Made by a program: the position numbers and the translations under genes. Positions 1 through 11,113 of a stretch of 48,367 nucleotides of DNA are shown here, piece by piece; positions within the stretch are counted from its first letter, which is position 1, and the number at the start of each line of letters is the position of its first letter. This DNA is from Phycisphaerae bacterium (GTDB lineage: Bacteria > Planctomycetota > Phycisphaerae > Phycisphaerales > Phycisphaeraceae). The DNA lies in contig CAUZBA010000001.1 of NCBI GenBank assembly GCA_963577635.1, forward strand, positions 1 through 48,367. Reading direction: 5' to 3'. The notes beneath the pieces are model-generated. The model saw nothing but the letters and a program-made list of their open reading frames with translations. It did not search any database and was not told the DNA's origin.

Positions 1-152
1 CCCCGCCGATCGGCCGCTATCATACCACATCATTGCCGTGGAAAACCCTGGACTGCCGAGAAAATGCTCCCTGATTTGCGCTTCGGGTTACTTTGTTTCG
101 CGCCGCGTTGCGCAGGAACCATTCAGTCATCCGTGACTGCCGTAAGGTCGTG

Positions 153-1253
153 ATGAACCAGAAAACTTCAGTAATGCTGATCGCAACGGTGAGTCTTGCC
201 GCTTCGGTCGGCCGGGCAGAAAGCCCGCCGCTTCGCGATGAGCCCCAGCGCCGCCACCGGATTCTCCAGGAGCTGGGGCCGAAATTCTCGTTGCACGCGA
301 CCGATCATTTCCTGGTGTTCTTCGACAGGCAACGAGACTGGGCGATCCAGCGGGGGCGACTGCTTGAAAAGTCGTACAACCAGTTCTACGGGATGATGCA
401 CGAGGTCGGCTGGCCGGTGCGCCCGCTACGGCATCGACTGGTGTGCATCCTGCTGCACGACCGGGCCCGGTTCGTCGAGTACGCCCGAACGACCGATCAG
501 CTCACGGAGCATTGGCCCAACGGCTACTATTCGTCCGGCACGAACCGCATCGCGTTCTACAACGACGCGACGGCCGAGCCACTACGAAAGCTCGCCGCCC
601 AGCTGCGCGGCCGGCAGACCCAGCTCGATCAACTCTACCTGCGCCTCCAAGGCATGCACGCACCGGTGCGGCCGGTCGAACGGGCGAATCTGGACGCTCG
701 AATCCGGACGCTGCAAAGGCAATTGGACAGCCTGCATCGAACGCAGTGGCTGGTCGTCGAGCGGGCCAACGCGTCGAAAGCCACGCACGAGGCCGTCCAC
801 CAGTTGGCCTTCAACAGCGGCCTGCAGCAACGCGGCCTCGCGTACCCGTTCTGGATGGTCGAGGGTCTTGCCACGAACTTCGAGGCTCAGGACCTGAACC
901 GGCCATTCGGCCTGGGCTTCGACAACCCCGCGCGTCGGACGGTGCTGCGGTCCGCGGTCCGGCGCAACGAGATGGTGCCGCTGGAGCAGTTCGTCGTGAT
1001 CGTCGATCCACGGAAGGCCGCAGAAGCGCATCGGAATCTTCTGTACGCCGAGGCTTGGGGCCTCTTTCGCTATCTGTTTGAGCATCACCGCCCGCAGCTC
1101 ATGCAATCGTTCAGGTCGTACGCGACCAAGCCCGTAGAGGGCGGTGATGCACTGCGGCGCTGGTTTACCGACTCGTTCGGCCCCATCGATGCCGTGCAGG
1201 CACGCTGGATGCGATATTTGGGCGAGCTGAGAGCGTTCTCGCCCCAACCGTAG
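153..1253 (+). CDS. secreted DUF1570-like putative zinc metallopeptidase
   Basis: ORF 93..1253. The ATG at 153 follows AAGG and gives a signal-peptide-like N-terminus, MNQKTSVMLIATVSLAASVGRA. There is an HExxH motif in THEAVHQLAFNSG, plus YYSSGTNRIAFYN, as in DUF1570 proteins. The last ~8 codons lie inside the repeat at 1230-1346. Confidence 0.7.
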   Translation: MNQKTSVMLIATVSLAASVGRAESPPLRDEPQRRHRILQELGPKFSLHATDHFLVFFDRQRDWAIQRGRLLEKSYNQFYGMMHEVGWPVRPLRHRLVCILLHDRARFVEYARTTDQLTEHWPNGYYSSGTNRIAFYNDATAEPLRKLAAQLRGRQTQLDQLYLRLQGMHAPVRPVERANLDARIRTLQRQLDSLHRTQWLVVERANASKATHEAVHQLAFNSGLQQRGLAYPFWMVEGLATNFEAQDLNRPFGLGFDNPARRTVLRSAVRRNEMVPLEQFVVIVDPRKAAEAHRNLLYAEAWGLFRYLFEHHRPQLMQSFRSYATKPVEGGDALRRWFTDSFGPIDAVQARWMRYLGELRAFSPQP

Positions 1254-1346
1254 TGCTTTGAGCGTCGGCGAAGTCCGCCTCTGGGCGATCCCGACGAACG
1301 TCGGGACAGGCGGCTCAGGACACTACGGTGGGGGGCAGACCGCTCT
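1230..1346 (+). repeat. shortened copy of the ~160-bp stem-closed intergenic element (family A, copy A0)
   Basis: Left arm AGAGCGTTCTCGCCCCAACCGTAGTGCT pairs with right arm GACACTACGGTGGGGGGCAGACCGCTCT. It shares TTGAGCGTCGGCGAA and the CTCAGGAC junction with copy 4494-4654. The internal part is shorter, with central hairpin CCCGACG-AA-CGTCGGG. Confidence 0.6.
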
Positions 1347-1456
1347 ATAGCCCGAGCGACCGCCTGGGCCGATCGATGACCGGGCCCTGGCGGCCCCATC
1401 GGACGTCGGGGCCGGCTGGTCCTGCGTCGACCGGGCGAACCGGTCAACCGGCGACC

Positions 1457-1475
1457 GGCAAATCGCCGATTTGCC
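1457..1475. promoter_or_regulatory. perfect 9-1-9 palindrome GGCAAATCG-C-CGATTTGCC upstream of rpsU
   Basis: Read directly from the sequence. It lies ~120 nt upstream of the rpsU start. Function unknown; a candidate operator or small hairpin. Confidence 0.3.
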
Positions 1476-1595
1476 ATGGAAGGCCGCAGGGGTCAGAATA
1501 CTCGGCTCGGCACGCTCGGTAGCGCGTCGAGGGGTGATCCATGTGCGAACCACCGCGGATGGGTCCCCCGGCTCGGTCACCCGGAAGGAGCGGTT

Positions 1596-1832
1596 ATGCC
1601 AATTCGGATCAAGGCACGCGGCGGCGAATCGGCGGAACAGATGCTCCGCCGATTCAAGAAACTATGCGAGAAGGAAGGCCTGACGAAGGACATGAAGCGT
1701 CGGGCCTACTACGAAAAACCCTCGGAGAAAAAGCAGCGGGCCCTGCGCAAGAGCATCAAGCGGATCCAGATGTCCCAGTTGCCCTTGAGCGAGCAGCGAC
1801 AGCAGCGACCACCGCAGAGGCGGTCGCATTGA
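1596..1832 (+). CDS. rpsU: 30S ribosomal protein S21
   Basis: Internal ATG at 1596 of ORF 1476..1832, preceded by GGAAGGAG. The product MPIRIKARGGESAEQMLRRFKKLCEKEGLTKDMKRRAYYEKPSEKK is a canonical S21 sequence. Confidence 0.95.
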   Translation: MPIRIKARGGESAEQMLRRFKKLCEKEGLTKDMKRRAYYEKPSEKKQRALRKSIKRIQMSQLPLSEQRQQRPPQRRSH

Positions 1833-2071
1833 CTAGCCGGCCGAGCGCCGGCGCCACCTTGGATTCCACGGGTATTCCTGGACTCCGCGGGATTCCGCGT
1901 ACGATCAGGACCTCTTCCCGGATTCTCCTTGATACGAATCGATGTGCCGATGATGTCGCCGGACCATCGGTGGAGACCGGGCTCGCTCTTTAAATCGGCT
2001 TGTGGCATCGACATCGCGCTACTCGATATCGCAGCCGGAGCCGGACGTTACGGATCGGAAGGACATTAGCA

Positions 2072-4486
<2,415 letters not shown>

Positions 4487-4493
4487 TGACGCC

Positions 4494-4654
4494 GGAGCGT
4501 TTTCGCCTTGCGCGTAGCGTCTTGAGCGTCGGCGAAACAAGTATGGCGCGGAGGGCGAAGCAGGCGACCCCGCTTCGGGTCGTCGATACAGCACGACAAA
4601 GCCAGGCGCAGTTGTAGCCAGATCAGGACGTTACGTGTGAGGTGAAACCGCTCC
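4494..4654 (+). repeat. ~160-bp stem-closed intergenic element (family A, copy A1)
   Basis: Terminal arms GGAGCGTTTTCGCCTTGCGCGTAGCGTC and GACGTTACGTGTGAGGTGAAACCGCTCC pair over 28 positions, with 5 G-T wobbles valid only on the + strand. The core is the reverse complement of the cores at 18084-18246 and 29362-29522. It fills the hppA-rsfS spacer. Confidence 0.85.
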
Positions 4655-4655
4655 A

Positions 4656-5108
4656 ATGCCCACCGGACACGACCGCGACAGGATGGCGCTGGGCCTGACG
4701 GACGTCGAGGAAGATCGCACATTGCGGCGCGGCGGCCCCGAAGGCGCGCAACAGGTGCTGCGTTTCGTGCTCGACGCCGCGCGTCATCTTGAGGACCGCC
4801 ACTTTCAGAATGTGATGGTCCTCGATGTGCGCGGCCTGTCCGACCTGACCGACTACATCGTCATCGCCTCCGGAACGTCGGATCGACAGATCCTGGGCGT
4901 GGCCGGCGAGGTCGAGGACCTGGCGGCGGCCGTGAATCTGGACCGCTACGGTCGCGAGTCGGACGGTTCGTCAACGTGGGTCGTGCTCGACTTTGTCGAT
5001 GCGGTGATCCACCTGTTCGAGCCCGCGACGCGGGCACACTACGACCTCGAGATGCTCTGGGGGGACGCGGCGACCATCGGCTGGGAACGGGACGCCGATT
5101 CGGACTGA
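4656..5108 (+). CDS. rsfS: ribosome silencing factor RsfS (Iojap family)
   Basis: VMVLDVRGLSDLTDYIVIASGTSDRQILGVAGEVED...WVVLDFVDAVIHLFEPATRAHYDLEMLWGDA matches the RsfS core. The true start may instead be the internal Met at 4683. Confidence 0.88.
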   Translation: MPTGHDRDRMALGLTDVEEDRTLRRGGPEGAQQVLRFVLDAARHLEDRHFQNVMVLDVRGLSDLTDYIVIASGTSDRQILGVAGEVEDLAAAVNLDRYGRESDGSSTWVVLDFVDAVIHLFEPATRAHYDLEMLWGDAATIGWERDADSD

Positions 5109-5347
5109 TCATCACGATTGGAAAGACGAAAAGCATGTCCGCGACCGTTCTGCTCACGGCGCGCCGAACCTTATCGGACGAACGTCCGGGCGGCGCACGT
5201 CACGACCGTATCCGGCGACCCGCCTGATCGGCCCCGTGAGCACCGACTCGGCGCCATGAAAAGCCCGCGCAGCCCTCAGATCCGACGCAAAGCCCGGCCA
5301 AATGCGCGTTCTTCGCCGCACACCGCGTGCCCTGCCCGTGGCTGGGG

Positions 5348-5353
5348 TATAAT
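5348..5353 (+). promoter_or_regulatory. candidate -10 box TATAAT upstream of the 5472 gene
   Basis: GGGGTATAATAAATGCACAAATGCACCC lies ~120 nt upstream of the ATG at 5472. No convincing -35 box was seen. Confidence 0.25.
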
Positions 5354-5471
5354 AAATGCACAAATGCACCCACCCGCAACGGGTGACGGCCGACGCCGGG
5401 GGGATTCGCGGGAGACAATCAAAGCCGGGAGTTGAGAGCACCCACCACGCCTGTAGAAGAGTTGGACGCCG

Positions 5472-7982
5472 ATGACGCACCGGTCACGTCGCCGCAGAAG
5501 CTGGAGATCGAAACGACGCCACCGTGCCGCGACACTCCGTCGCCGTTCGCCCGAGTCACCCGCGCCGGGCCTCATCGAGGCGCTCGAGCCGCGTATCCTG
5601 TTCAGTGCCGCGAGCGGTGACGTGTGGGTGATCCGCGGCGACCAGGATCGATCCAATACCGCGGACGTGATCGTCATCGATCAGCCGAATCCGGTGGACG
5701 ATCCGGACGTCCTGACCGCGACGATCAACGGCGAGGCGATCGACACGCGCCGCGCATCGGATCTGCGCCTCATCAAGGTGATCGCCGGTAAAGGCGACGA
5801 CGTCGTCCACGTCGACATTATTTCTTCCGACGGGCCGATCCCGGTCAAGATCCTCGGCGGCAAGGGCGATGACGAGCTGATCGGCGCCGACGGGGCCGAC
5901 ATGATCTTCGGCGGCGCCGGCGACGACAAGATCAAAGGCGGCGCCGGCGACGACAAGATCAAAGGCGGCGGCGGCACGGACGAAATGCATGGCGGTCCTG
6001 GGGCCGACCGGATTAACGGCGGCGGCGGTTCCGACGTGATCTACGGCCAGCCGGATGTCGACATCGTCCGCGGCGCGCGGCGCGACAAGCTTTTCGGTGA
6101 CGGCTATTCCAACCCGATTCATCGAGTCGGATCCGACAGCGAACTTCACGACTGGCTGGTGGAGCAGGCTATGGACCGATGGGGCCACCTGTTCGGCCAA
6201 TCGGATCCCGGCCCGTTCTGGCGCGGCGGACTTCCGTGGGTCGAACAGGTCATCGAACCGGTCCCCGGCGGCGCAATCGAAATCGCCATGGCCAACGTGT
6301 TCGAGGAAGATGCCGCGGACGTTTCCCGGACGAACAACCAGGTCGACGGCGTCGATGAGCCGGACCTGATCAAAAATGACGGCGAATTCATCTACACGCT
6401 CTCGCAGGGGCAACTGCTCATCATCGACGCATGGCCGGTCGAGGATTTGAGCGTCGTGGGTCGCGTGGACGTGGACGGTTTCCCGCAGCAGATGTTCCTG
6501 TCCGGTGATCGCCTGACGGTGCTGTCCCAGGTCTATTCGAACTTCGATCCGTGGCCCTGGCCCGACAACGGCATTTTCCGGCCGGCGGTCGCCTTCGCGC
6601 CGGATTTCGTCCGGCTCCAGCCGCAGGTCGGCATGACCGTCTACGACGTGTCCGATCGCACGGATCCGCACGTCGTCGAGCAAACCACGCTCGACGGCAG
6701 ACTCGTCGACGCCCGTGCCATCGACGATCAGGTGTTCGTCGTGCTGAACAACTCGTTCACCCTGCCGATACCGATCCTGACAGTCGACGGGCGGGGTGGA
6801 AATGTATACGAGGACGCTCAGTCGTACCACGGCCGGCTAGCCGCGACGGACCTGGCGGATCTGCTGCCGAACTACGTCACCACCGTGGACGACGTGGACA
6901 CGCCGGGCCTGCTGGTGGCGGCGCCGAACCTGTTCGTGCCCGACATCCCCAACGATCAACAGATGATCTCGGTGGTGAAATTCGACGTCAGCGACGACGT
7001 GGCCGGGCCGGACGTATCGACATCGGCCCTGGGCGTCACCGGCGACGTCTATGCGACGACCGAAAACCTCTATATCGCGGCGCAATCGTTCTGGCACCCG
7101 ACGACTGCGTGGTCGTGGGACCCGACAACGCATCTGTACAAGTTCGCGCTTGACGAGCCAGATCTTCCACTCGAGGCGACCGGGGCGGTGCCCGGGTGGA
7201 TACTGAACCAGTTCTCCATGGATGAGCACGAAGGCTTCCTGCGCGTCGCCACAACCGACCGTGACAGCTCGAACATTGGCACGCCGTTCAACAATATATT
7301 TGTGCTTCAGGAGACCGACAGCGAGTTGAAGATCGTGGGTAGCGTGACCGGTCTGGCCGAAACCGAGACGATCCACTCGGCGCGGTTCCTCGGCGACCGC
7401 GGGTACGTCGTGACGTTCCGCCGCGTCGATCCGCTGTTCTCGATCGACTTGAGCGATCCGTTCAATCCTCACGTCAGGGGCCAGTTGAAGATCCCTGGTT
7501 TTTCGTCCTATCTCCAGCCGGTCGGCGAGAACCTCCTGCTGGGAATCGGCCGATCGGCTGACGACCGCGGCGTGGCCCAGGGCCTGCAACTCTCTCTGTT
7601 CGACGTGACCGACATGGACAACCCGCTGCGCATCGACGTCGAGACGTTCGGCCAGGACCTGGGCTACACGAACTCCGAAGCCGAGTTCAACCACCATGCG
7701 GTGTCGTTCTTCGCCGACCAGTCCATCGTCGCCCTGCCGGTCAGCGAGGGCCAGTGGCCCGATCGCCAGAGCAACCTGAAGGTCTACCATCTCGACGGTC
7801 AGACCGGCATCGAGTTTCTTGGCCAGGTGGAGCACGACGGCGAGCAGATCCGACGCAGCGTGCGTTTCGATGATTTTCTTTACTCGCTTTCCAGCGAGAT
7901 TCTGAAGGCCAGCGAGCTATCGGATCCGGAAGTTGAAGTCGCCGAACTCGACCTCTTCGAAGATTCTGCCGTCGACCCCTGA
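5472..7982 (+). CDS. secreted protein with RTX-like Ca-binding nonapeptide repeats and a C-terminal beta-propeller domain
   Basis: 836 aa. The Arg-rich N-terminus is followed by the LEPRILFSA motif common in planctomycetal secreted proteins. GGxGxD repeats follow (GGKGDDELIGADGADMIFGGAGDDKIKGGAGDDKIKGGGGTDEMHGGPGADRINGGGGSDVIYG). The C-terminal ~550 aa resembles the COG4880 / PF09826 beta-propeller family. Confidence 0.8.
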   Translation: MTHRSRRRRSWRSKRRHRAATLRRRSPESPAPGLIEALEPRILFSAASGDVWVIRGDQDRSNTADVIVIDQPNPVDDPDVLTATINGEAIDTRRASDLRLIKVIAGKGDDVVHVDIISSDGPIPVKILGGKGDDELIGADGADMIFGGAGDDKIKGGAGDDKIKGGGGTDEMHGGPGADRINGGGGSDVIYGQPDVDIVRGARRDKLFGDGYSNPIHRVGSDSELHDWLVEQAMDRWGHLFGQSDPGPFWRGGLPWVEQVIEPVPGGAIEIAMANVFEEDAADVSRTNNQVDGVDEPDLIKNDGEFIYTLSQGQLLIIDAWPVEDLSVVGRVDVDGFPQQMFLSGDRLTVLSQVYSNFDPWPWPDNGIFRPAVAFAPDFVRLQPQVGMTVYDVSDRTDPHVVEQTTLDGRLVDARAIDDQVFVVLNNSFTLPIPILTVDGRGGNVYEDAQSYHGRLAATDLADLLPNYVTTVDDVDTPGLLVAAPNLFVPDIPNDQQMISVVKFDVSDDVAGPDVSTSALGVTGDVYATTENLYIAAQSFWHPTTAWSWDPTTHLYKFALDEPDLPLEATGAVPGWILNQFSMDEHEGFLRVATTDRDSSNIGTPFNNIFVLQETDSELKIVGSVTGLAETETIHSARFLGDRGYVVTFRRVDPLFSIDLSDPFNPHVRGQLKIPGFSSYLQPVGENLLLGIGRSADDRGVAQGLQLSLFDVTDMDNPLRIDVETFGQDLGYTNSEAEFNHHAVSFFADQSIVALPVSEGQWPDRQSNLKVYHLDGQTGIEFLGQVEHDGEQIRRSVRFDDFLYSLSSEILKASELSDPEVEVAELDLFEDSAVDP
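5910..5963 (+). repeat. perfect 27-bp tandem duplication inside the RTX repeat region
   Basis: GGCGGCGCCGGCGACGACAAGATCAAA occurs twice back to back (5910-5936 and 5937-5963), encoding GGAGDDKIK x2. Confidence 0.9.
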
Positions 7983-8024
7983 AAACGGCGGTCGATCCTT
8001 CTGCTTCGCAACCGGTTTTTACCT

Positions 8025-9056
8025 TCAATCCGAATCACGCGCGATCCGCACGGTGTCGCGCGTGACGGTGACCGTGACGCTCGGTCGCACGCTGAACCGG
8101 CGTTGCCCGCCTTTGTGGTCCCGGATGGCGCGGAGAATCGGTCCGATGCAGCGCCCGCCGAGCCTGTCGGCGCCAACCCCCTGCTCGGCGAGCAGCCGGC
8201 GCAGAAGCGCGCCGAGCACGACACGCGGCAGGTCGCGCGCCGTGGCGCGATCCAGAACGGCACCGTTGTCATCCTGCGGCATCCTCTGCGCCGCCTCGTT
8301 CGTGGCCAGTTCGATCAGGCCGTTGACCTGCCGTAGATGATCGGCAAGGCGCACCGCGCGGCGCGGCGCGCGGGCGTCGATGTCGCGCAAAGCGGGCAAC
8401 ACCTGCTGTCGCAGTCGGGCGCGCAGCCGCGACGTGTCCGCGTTGGTGCGGTCTTCGCGCCAGTCCTGGCCGACATCGCTGAGAAATTCTTCGATCTGGG
8501 CGCGATCGACGGCGAGCATCGGCCGAATCAGCGCCGTGCCACTTTTCGCGGCCAGGGGCCTGCGCCAGGCCATGGCGGCCAGGCCCTTGACCGACGCGCC
8601 GCGCAACAGGCGCATCAGCAGAGTTTCGAGCTGGTCGTCCGCGTGGTGGGCCGTGACCACGAACGTGGCGCCGACCTGCGCGGCGATCCGGGTCAGCGCT
8701 GCGTAACGGTGATGTCGTGCCACGGCCTCCATGTTGCCGCCGCAGGCCGACAGGTCCAGATCCGCCCTTCGCGCCGGCAACCGGTAGCGCTCGGCCAGTG
8801 CAGCAACGAACGCGGCGTCCTGCTCGGCTTCGCCGTTGTCGCGCAGGTGGTGCTGGACGTGAGCGACGGTTGGCACCAGGTTCCAGCCACGCCGTGGCGC
8901 CAATGCGGCGACGGCCGCCGTCAGGGCCACCGAATCGCGTCCGCCACTGATCGCGAGGACCATCCGCGCGTCGTGGTGGACGCCACAGCGCCTCCGCAGC
9001 GCGTGGGCCACCTTGCGGACGAACGGGTGCAGTGTGGTGTGCGTCTTGTCCGGCAT
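8025..9056 (-). CDS. tilS: tRNA(Ile)-lysidine synthetase
   Basis: ORF 8025..9347. The internal ATG at 9056 follows GAGGA. The product starts MPDKTHTT..., has the PP-loop motif LAISGGRDSVAL, and TilS-like downstream sequence. Confidence 0.85.
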   Translation of the reverse strand: MPDKTHTTLHPFVRKVAHALRRRCGVHHDARMVLAISGGRDSVALTAAVAALAPRRGWNLVPTVAHVQHHLRDNGEAEQDAAFVAALAERYRLPARRADLDLSACGGNMEAVARHHRYAALTRIAAQVGATFVVTAHHADDQLETLLMRLLRGASVKGLAAMAWRRPLAAKSGTALIRPMLAVDRAQIEEFLSDVGQDWREDRTNADTSRLRARLRQQVLPALRDIDARAPRRAVRLADHLRQVNGLIELATNEAAQRMPQDDNGAVLDRATARDLPRVVLGALLRRLLAEQGVGADRLGGRCIGPILRAIRDHKGGQRRFSVRPSVTVTVTRDTVRIARDSD

Positions 9057-9318
9057 CTGTCGTTCCTCGGTACAGGTCGTGTCCCGCAAATCCGCCTGGC
9101 GTCGGCAGGCTGCAAACCCCGCGGGCGGCGTCAGCCTGCATCGGAGGCCAATAAGATGGCCGCCTGCTTCGGCCTTCTTGCCTGCGGGCTTTTCGCTTTG
9201 CCTTGGGCCGACGACTGACTTACGGGACACGACCTTAATCTCCCGATGAAGTACCATATTGAAGTGATGCGGGCCGTGTCGACTTGGCCGTTCCAATGAC
9301 CCGCGGGAGGCGCCCGGC

Positions 9319-9909
9319 ATGGATGCCGAATTGCCCGGAATTGCCACACTTCTGGCCGCGGTCGATTCACCGCTTCATTACCTTCTATTCATTGGCGGCG
9401 TGTCGATGATAACCGTCGCGCTTCTGTACAGATACCGCAAGCGGTACAGGCAGCAGGCGCGGAACCGCATCACGCCGCAGGAGCAGATCGAACGAACCAG
9501 CCAGCACCGAGGGCTGCGCGGAGACATCGAACGACTGATGGTGGAGGTCGAGCAACTGACCAAACGGTTCGCGACGCAGCTTGATGCCAAGTCGATCGAG
9601 CTGGAACATCTGCTGCGCGAGGCCGACGACCGGATCGCGCAATTGAAGCAGTCCGCGGATTCCTACCGTGTACGGGACACCCGCACCGATTTCACCGGTG
9701 CCGCCGGCAGCGATGTTGCCGCGTCGCTGCGCACGAACCCGGGCGCCACGTCCGTCGAATCCGATCCAATCGACGATCCCACCAATGCGCTGACCGGACG
9801 CGTCTACGCCATGGCCGACACGGGACTTGGCGCCGCGGACATTGCGCGGCAACTCGATGAGCATATCGGCAAGGTGGAGCTGATACTCGCCTTGCGCGAG
9901 GCGAGTTAA
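9319..9909 (+). CDS. hypothetical membrane-anchored coiled-coil protein
   Basis: ATG at 9319 lies 8 nt after GGGAGG. One N-terminal TM segment (LHYLLFIGGVSMITVALLY) is followed by a coiled-coil-like stretch and a C-terminal HTH-like tail (GLGAADIARQLDEHIGKVELILALR). No confident family assignment. Confidence 0.5.
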   Translation: MDAELPGIATLLAAVDSPLHYLLFIGGVSMITVALLYRYRKRYRQQARNRITPQEQIERTSQHRGLRGDIERLMVEVEQLTKRFATQLDAKSIELEHLLREADDRIAQLKQSADSYRVRDTRTDFTGAAGSDVAASLRTNPGATSVESDPIDDPTNALTGRVYAMADTGLGAADIARQLDEHIGKVELILALREAS

Positions 9910-9986
9910 AGCAGGAAATCGGAAAAGCAAGAAAGCAGGGAAAAGGAGGAAGACGACTTTCTGCTTTTCTTCTCTCTGCACTCCCT
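9910..9986. repeat. purine-arm/pyrimidine-arm foldback repeat (E1)
   Basis: AGCAGGAAATCGGAAAAGCAAGAAAGCAGGGAAAAGGAGGAAG ... CTTTCTGCTTTTCTTCTCTCTGCACTCCC. It shares GCAGGAAATCGGAAA with 34362-34506 and GCAGAAATTCGGATA with 42337-42486. Confidence 0.7.
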
Positions 9987-10020
9987 TGACACCTGGCACG
10001 TGACGCACGAAACTGCGCTC

Positions 10021-10908
10021 ATGCTTCAGGGTGTCATGACTGCAATGATCACGCCGTTTCGCGGCGGTGATGTTGACTACGAGCGGCTCGCGGCGAACGT
10101 CCGTTTTCAGATCGACAAGGGCATCGGCGGTCTGGTTCCCGTGGGCACGACCGGTGAGTCGCCGACGCTTTCGCACGAGGAGCACCGCAAGGTGATCGAG
10201 TGCGTCGTCGACGCGGCCGCGGGGCGCGCCAAGGTGATCGCGGGCACCGGATCGAACGCCACGGACGAAGCCTTGGCGATGACCGAGCATGCGCGTTCCG
10301 TCGGCGCGGATGCGGCATTGGTCGTCAACCCGTACTACAACAAGCCGACCCAGGAAGGGATGTTTCTTCACTTCATGAAGATTGCCGATGTCGGCCTGCC
10401 GGTGGTCCTTTACAACATTCCGGGCCGAACGTCGGTGGCCCTGGCGCCCGCGACGATCGCGCGTCTCGCCGCCCACCCGAACGTCATCGGGGTCAAGGAA
10501 GCAACCGGTTCGATGGACACGGCGAGTGAGATCATGTCTCTCTGCGACCCGCAGAAGTTCACGATTCTCTCAGGAGACGACTCACTCACGCTTCCCTTGA
10601 TGGCGATCGGCGGTCGAGGCGTGATCAGCGTCCTGAGCAACCTGATGCCGCAACACGCCCGGGCACTGACCGACGCGGCCCTGGCCGGCGACTTCCACCG
10701 GGCGGCTCAGATCCATTGCGAGCTGTTCCCGTTATTCAAGGCGATCTTCATCGAGACCAACCCGATTCCGATCAAGACCGCAATGGCCATGGCCGGCATG
10801 GACTCTGGCGAGCTGCGCCTGCCCATGTGCGCGATGGCGGACGAGAACCGCACCGCGCTCGAAAAAGTCATGCGCGAACACGGTGTGCTGGAGCCGTCGC
10901 TGTCGTGA
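10021..10908 (+). CDS. dapA: 4-hydroxy-tetrahydrodipicolinate synthase
   Basis: MLQGVMTAMITPF...VPVGTTGESPTLSHEEH...NPYYNKPTQEG...YNIPGRT...IGVKEA is the canonical DapA pattern. A GTG at 10000 is an alternative start. Confidence 0.93.
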   Translation: MLQGVMTAMITPFRGGDVDYERLAANVRFQIDKGIGGLVPVGTTGESPTLSHEEHRKVIECVVDAAAGRAKVIAGTGSNATDEALAMTEHARSVGADAALVVNPYYNKPTQEGMFLHFMKIADVGLPVVLYNIPGRTSVALAPATIARLAAHPNVIGVKEATGSMDTASEIMSLCDPQKFTILSGDDSLTLPLMAIGGRGVISVLSNLMPQHARALTDAALAGDFHRAAQIHCELFPLFKAIFIETNPIPIKTAMAMAGMDSGELRLPMCAMADENRTALEKVMREHGVLEPSLS

Positions 10909-11085
10909 GGCGTCGCGTGGGGGGCGCCACAGAGGTCACAGAGGGTTCAGAGAAGAGCGGGAAGAGTGCTCGAATGTCATGGTCTTTTGAGCGCGCGGCG
11001 GATGATTTGCGGGTGTTCAAGGGGCGCCGGGACAACTCCTGAGGGATCCTTTCAGGCCGTCAGTTGACCCACGGATCCAATGGTT

Positions 11086-11106
11086 CGCTTATCGCTTATC
11101 GCTTCT
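11086..11106 (+). repeat. heptanucleotide tandem repeat CGCTTAT-CGCTTAT-CGCTTCT
   Basis: Read directly. It sits between an out-of-frame ATG (11080) and the lipobox-encoding part of ORF 11114..11623. Confidence 0.9.
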
Positions 11107-11113
11107 AGCTCTG

